A program made the position numbers and the translations under genes. Below are positions 15,443-15,777 of a stretch of DNA of 15,777 nucleotides, one piece after another. Positions within the stretch are counted from its first letter, which is position 1; each line of letters begins with the position of its first letter. This stretch comes from Candidatus Brocadiia bacterium (GTDB taxonomy: Bacteria > Planctomycetota > Brocadiia > SM23-32). The notes under the pieces are model-generated. The model was given only the letters and a program-made list of their open reading frames with translations, was not told the DNA's origin and did not search any database. Location of the stretch: assembly GCA_046538485.1 (NCBI GenBank), contig JBKHIT010000082.1, forward strand, positions 1-15,777. Reading direction: 5' to 3'.

Positions 15443-15531
15443 GCCCTCGCAGAGGGCGCCGTCTTTCCAGCCCCGGGTGTGAACCCGGGGTTTTGGGGCC
15501 GCAGTCCCCAAAATGAACCCCCGCAGGGGGT
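15443..15531 (+). repeat. Four consecutive hairpins (REP-like cluster)
   Basis: gccctc-gca-gagggc; ccccgggt-gtga-acccgggg; ttttgggg-N7-ccccaaaa; accccc-gca-gggggt. Confidence 0.8.
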
Positions 15532-15581
15532 GACACAGGCGGACAGAGGACAGCGACGACATTACGGCATGACGATACGAC

Positions 15582-15729
15582 GGCTACCACTGGCCTTGTG
15601 CCAGTGGGGCCATACCTCTGCACTACAGGCCACGAGCCACCCCAAAAGGCTACCACCTCACCTTGCGTGGGTGGGGCCATACCTCAGCCGGGAACATAAG
15701 GCATCGCTCCACCGGCATAAAGCCGGTGG
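15582..15729 (+). repeat. 137-bp REP-doublet repeat, copy 2, plus a complete terminal hairpin
   Basis: 15582-15718 matches 475-611 inverted; ccaccggc-ataaa-gccggtgg at 15709-15729. Confidence 0.95.
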
Positions 15730-15777
15730 TGGCGGGGGTGGGGGTGGACCGCTGGTAGTGCAAAGGTACACCTCCAC

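Noticed and set aside
15192..15680. ORFs 15192-15482, 15313-15516 and 15384-15680
   Set aside because: Same repeat-derived translations, and one overlaps the aminotransferase.
475..15718. Autonomous composite transposon or genomic island
   Set aside because: No transposase or integrase, no target-site duplication seen, and the cargo is ordinary core genes.
15725..15747. G-quadruplex in the G-rich tract
   Set aside because: Only two long G runs, and context is lost at the window edge.

Overview
A block of housekeeping genes from a bacterium of moderate GC content. The AroD-AroE fusion and very large SecDF suggest Planctomycetota/PVC, but this is inference only. Gene order: orphan Flp pilin (+), dapB (-), an apparent operon of a basic coiled-coil lipoprotein, heptosyltransferase II, ABC ATPase and ABC permease (+), an expanded SecDF fusion (-), AroD-AroE (+), a metallophosphoesterase (-), a CooC-like ATPase with a GRGG P-loop (+), and a class I aspartate aminotransferase (+). 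The most unusual signal is non-coding. Both ends (1-830 and 15328-15777) are mosaic arrays of hairpin modules, 7-bp tandem repeats and ACG-rich linkers, and the two arrays are inverted relative to each other (a 137-bp block at 136/137 identity and a 43-bp block at 42/43). A MITE-like element carries two covarying ERIC-like cores. A separate ~56-bp repeat sits in two convergent gene junctions. The secDF leader carries a terminator-like hairpin and mutually exclusive hairpins. No transposase is encoded in the window. All alignments and counts were done by hand.
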